Positions 61,763-64,000 of a DNA stretch of 64,000 nt are shown one piece after another. The notes beneath the pieces were generated by a model. It worked only from the letters and a program-made list of their open reading frames with translations. It ran no database searches and was not told the origin of the DNA. Made by a program: the position numbers and the translations under genes. Positions within the stretch are counted from its first letter, which is position 1, and the number at the start of each line of letters is the position of its first letter. The stretch is from Erythrobacter sp. ANT-B3C2 (GTDB lineage: Bacteria > Pseudomonadota > Alphaproteobacteria > Sphingomonadales > Sphingomonadaceae), in NCBI GenBank assembly GCA_001683845.1, contig LXQI01000011.1, positions 13,790-77,789 of the forward strand, written 5' to 3'.

Positions 61763-64000
61763 ATGCCTGACCTCTCACGGATCCTTCAAGCCGACCACCC
61801 GCTGACCCTCGCCTCGCTGCCGCGGGGCAGCCAGCCGCTGGTTATGGCCGATCTCGCCCGTGCCGCGCATGCGCGGGGCGCGCGGGCGGTGTTCGTCGCG
61901 CCTGACGAGCAGGCGATGCGCGCGGTCACAGATGCCGCCCGCTGGTTCGCCCCCGAGCTGCAGGTGATCGAGCTGCCCGCGTGGGACTGCCTGCCTTACG
62001 ACCGCGCCAGCCCGGCGCTATCGGTCAGTTCGCGGCGGATCTCGGCGCTTCACCAGCTGCAGGCGAGCGGGCCCGACGGGCAGCTGCTGGTCACCACGGT
62101 GAATGCCGCGCTGCAGCGGGTGCTGACCCCGTTCCGCATCCGCGAGGCGGTGCGCGAGCTGAAGCCGGGCACGCGGATCGGCTACGAGAGCCTGATCGCG
62201 CTGCTCCAGCGGCAGGGTTACGTGCGCACGGACACCGTGGTCGATACGGGCGAATATGCGGTGCGCGGCTCGATCTTCGACATCTTCCCCGCCGGGCTCG
62301 ACCTGGGGCTGCGGCTCGACTTCTTCGGCGACGAGCTGGAGTCTTTGCGCCTGTTCGACCCGGGTACGCAGCGCACCACCGCGAGAGTCGATGAGCATTT
62401 GCTGCTGCCCGCGAGCGAGGCGCTGGTGGATGAGGAGACGATCCGGCGCTTTCGCACCCGCTATCGCGACAGCTTCGGCGCGCATGCCACGCAAGACCCG
62501 CTGTACCAGGCGGTGAGCGACGGGCGGCGGCTTGCCGGGATGGAGCACTGGCTGCCGCTGTTCGAGGACCGGATGGCGACGCTGTTCGATCATCTGGGCA
62601 AGGACGATCTGGTGGTGATCGAATCCGGCGCGATCGCCTCGGGCGAGGAGCGGCTGGTCGACATTGCCGATTATCACCGCCAGCGCAGCGAGGTCACCGG
62701 GCCGAAACCCGGCACCGCGGCCGGCAGCTACCGCCCGCTGCCGCCCGATGCGCTGTACCTGACAGGGCAAGAATTCGGCGCCGTGGTGGAGCAGCGCCCG
62801 GTTCATCGCGCGGTGATCTTCACCGAGCCGGAGAGCGACAGGGTGGTCGATTTCGGCTTCCGCTCGGCGCGCGATTTCACGCCCGAGCGCGGCCAGGCGG
62901 CCAATATATACGAAGCCGCCGCCCTGCACTTCAAGGCGGTGGCAAAGAGCGGCAAGCGCCCGCTGTTCGCGGCCTATTCGCCCGGTTCGCTCAGCCGGAT
63001 CGCTGCTATCCTGGGCGAAGCCGGGACGAAGCTGAAGACGGCCGAAAGCTGGCAGGAGGCGCTCGGCCTGTCGGCCCCGAAATCGGGCACCGCCACGCCG
63101 GTCGCCATGGTGCTGCCGCTGGACACCGGTTTTGCCAATGACGAGGTGGAGCTGATCACCGAGCAGGATCTGCTGGGCGACCGGCTGGTCCGGCGGCGCA
63201 AGCGGCGCAAGGATTCGGACGCCTTCCTGGCCGAGCTTTCCGCCCTCAATCGCGGCGATCTGGTGGTGCATTTCGATCATGGCATCGGCCGCTACCTGGG
63301 CCTCGAGCCGATCAACGTGGGCCAGAGCCAGCACGATTGCGTGATGCTGGAGTATCACGGGGGCGACAAGCTCTACATCCCGGTGGAGAACATCGACGTC
63401 CTCACCCGCTATGGCAGCTCGGAAGAGGGGGCGACCCTCGACCGGCTGGGCGGGGAGGCGTGGCAGAAGCGCCGGTCGCGCCTGCGCGAACGGATCCAGG
63501 AGGTCGCCGGCGAGCTGATGCGCACCGCCGCCGCCCGCGCGCTGCGCCGGGCGCCGGTGTTGGAGCCCGAGGAATCGAGCTGGCGGCAGTTCCTCGATCG
63601 TTTCCCCTGGGAGGAGACCGAAGACCAGGACCGCGCGATCGAGGACGTGCTGAACGATCTGGCCGGGGGCCGCCCGATGGACCGGCTGGTGTGCGGCGAT
63701 GTCGGCTTCGGCAAGACCGAGGTCGCGCTGCGGGCCGCCTTCGTCGCCGCGATGCAGGGGCAGCAGGTGGTGATGGTAGCGCCCACCACGCTGCTCGCCC
63801 GGCAGCATTACCAGAACTTCACCGAGCGCTTTGCCGGCTTCCCGCTCAAGGTGGGCCGCCTCAGCCGCCTCGTGCCGCCCAAGGAGGCGAAGGAGACCCG
63901 CGACGCGCTTGCCGATGGCACGATGGATGTCGTCATCGGCACGCACGCGATCCTGTCCAAGAGCACGAGTTTCAAGCACTTGGGGCTCGTCATCGTCGAT
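61763..64000 (+). CDS. mfd: transcription-repair coupling factor (5' part, continues beyond window)
   Basis: It is absent from the ORF track because there is no stop in the window. Read by hand from the ATG at 61763 (MPDLSRILQADHPLTLASLPRGSQPLVMADLA...). In frame it carries WDCLPYDRASP and the helicase motif I VCGDVGFGKTEVALRAAF (from 63689), and it ends ...LGLVIVD at 64000. Confidence 0.93.
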   Translation, partial: MPDLSRILQADHPLTLASLPRGSQPLVMADLARAAHARGARAVFVAPDEQAMRAVTDAARWFAPELQVIELPAWDCLPYDRASPALSVSSRRISALHQLQASGPDGQLLVTTVNAALQRVLTPFRIREAVRELKPGTRIGYESLIALLQRQGYVRTDTVVDTGEYAVRGSIFDIFPAGLDLGLRLDFFGDELESLRLFDPGTQRTTARVDEHLLLPASEALVDEETIRRFRTRYRDSFGAHATQDPLYQAVSDGRRLAGMEHWLPLFEDRMATLFDHLGKDDLVVIESGAIASGEERLVDIADYHRQRSEVTGPKPGTAAGSYRPLPPDALYLTGQEFGAVVEQRPVHRAVIFTEPESDRVVDFGFRSARDFTPERGQAANIYEAAALHFKAVAKSGKRPLFAAYSPGSLSRIAAILGEAGTKLKTAESWQEALGLSAPKSGTATPVAMVLPLDTGFANDEVELITEQDLLGDRLVRRRKRRKDSDAFLAELSALNRGDLVVHFDHGIGRYLGLEPINVGQSQHDCVMLEYHGGDKLYIPVENIDVLTRYGSSEEGATLDRLGGEAWQKRRSRLRERIQEVAGELMRTAAARALRRAPVLEPEESSWRQFLDRFPWEETEDQDRAIEDVLNDLAGGRPMDRLVCGDVGFGKTEVALRAAFVAAMQGQQVVMVAPTTLLARQHYQNFTERFAGFPLKVGRLSRLVPPKEAKETRDALADGTMDVVIGTHAILSKSTSFKHLGLVIVD

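Overview
This is a high-GC chromosomal segment (about 68% in the flanks I hand-counted). It is most consistent with an alphaproteobacterium of the Sphingomonadales, based on a PEPxxWA-type PEP-CTERM sorting signal, a GGAAC-N16-CGTT EcfG-type promoter, and the gene content and order.

I support about 62 protein-coding genes. Most are housekeeping: sdhB, zapE, nnr, ilvD, ispE, moaB, dnaE, lolD and a LolC/E permease, eno, greA, carB, carA, dnaG, rpoD, rpiB, glyA, nrdR, rpsD, tgt, a ribB-type gene plus ribH, recG, sdhE, and the 5' part of mfd, which runs off the window end. I recognised no rRNA, tRNA, CRISPR array, transposase or integrase. The ORF track prints GTG/TTG starts as M, so I refined many starts by reading the sequence. 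Many long track ORFs are antisense or out-of-frame shadows, as is typical of high-GC DNA.

The stretches worth a second look are:
1. A lower-GC islet at about 51.0-53.9 kb next to tgt. It carries a FeeM-type N-acyl amino acid synthase convergent with an FxDxF / PEPxxWA-CTERM cargo protein, plus a tail-anchored microprotein. No exosortase lies anywhere in the window.
2. A stand-alone 'exosortase-A-associated' trio at 2.0-5.1 kb (AMP-forming acyl-CoA ligase, DAP-decarboxylase-like PLP enzyme, divergent ACP), embedded among core genes.
3. A 330-nt insert of about 48% GC, encoding a 109-codon ORF that fits exactly between carA and carB and overlaps both (GTGA and TAATG).
4. Two paralogous clusters of DUF883 / holin-X-type membrane stress proteins, one behind a perfect EcfG consensus promoter.
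5. A RibB/RibBX-type protein carrying an XRE-like HTH extension at its N-terminus.

All family assignments come from motif recognition by eye. No database search was run.
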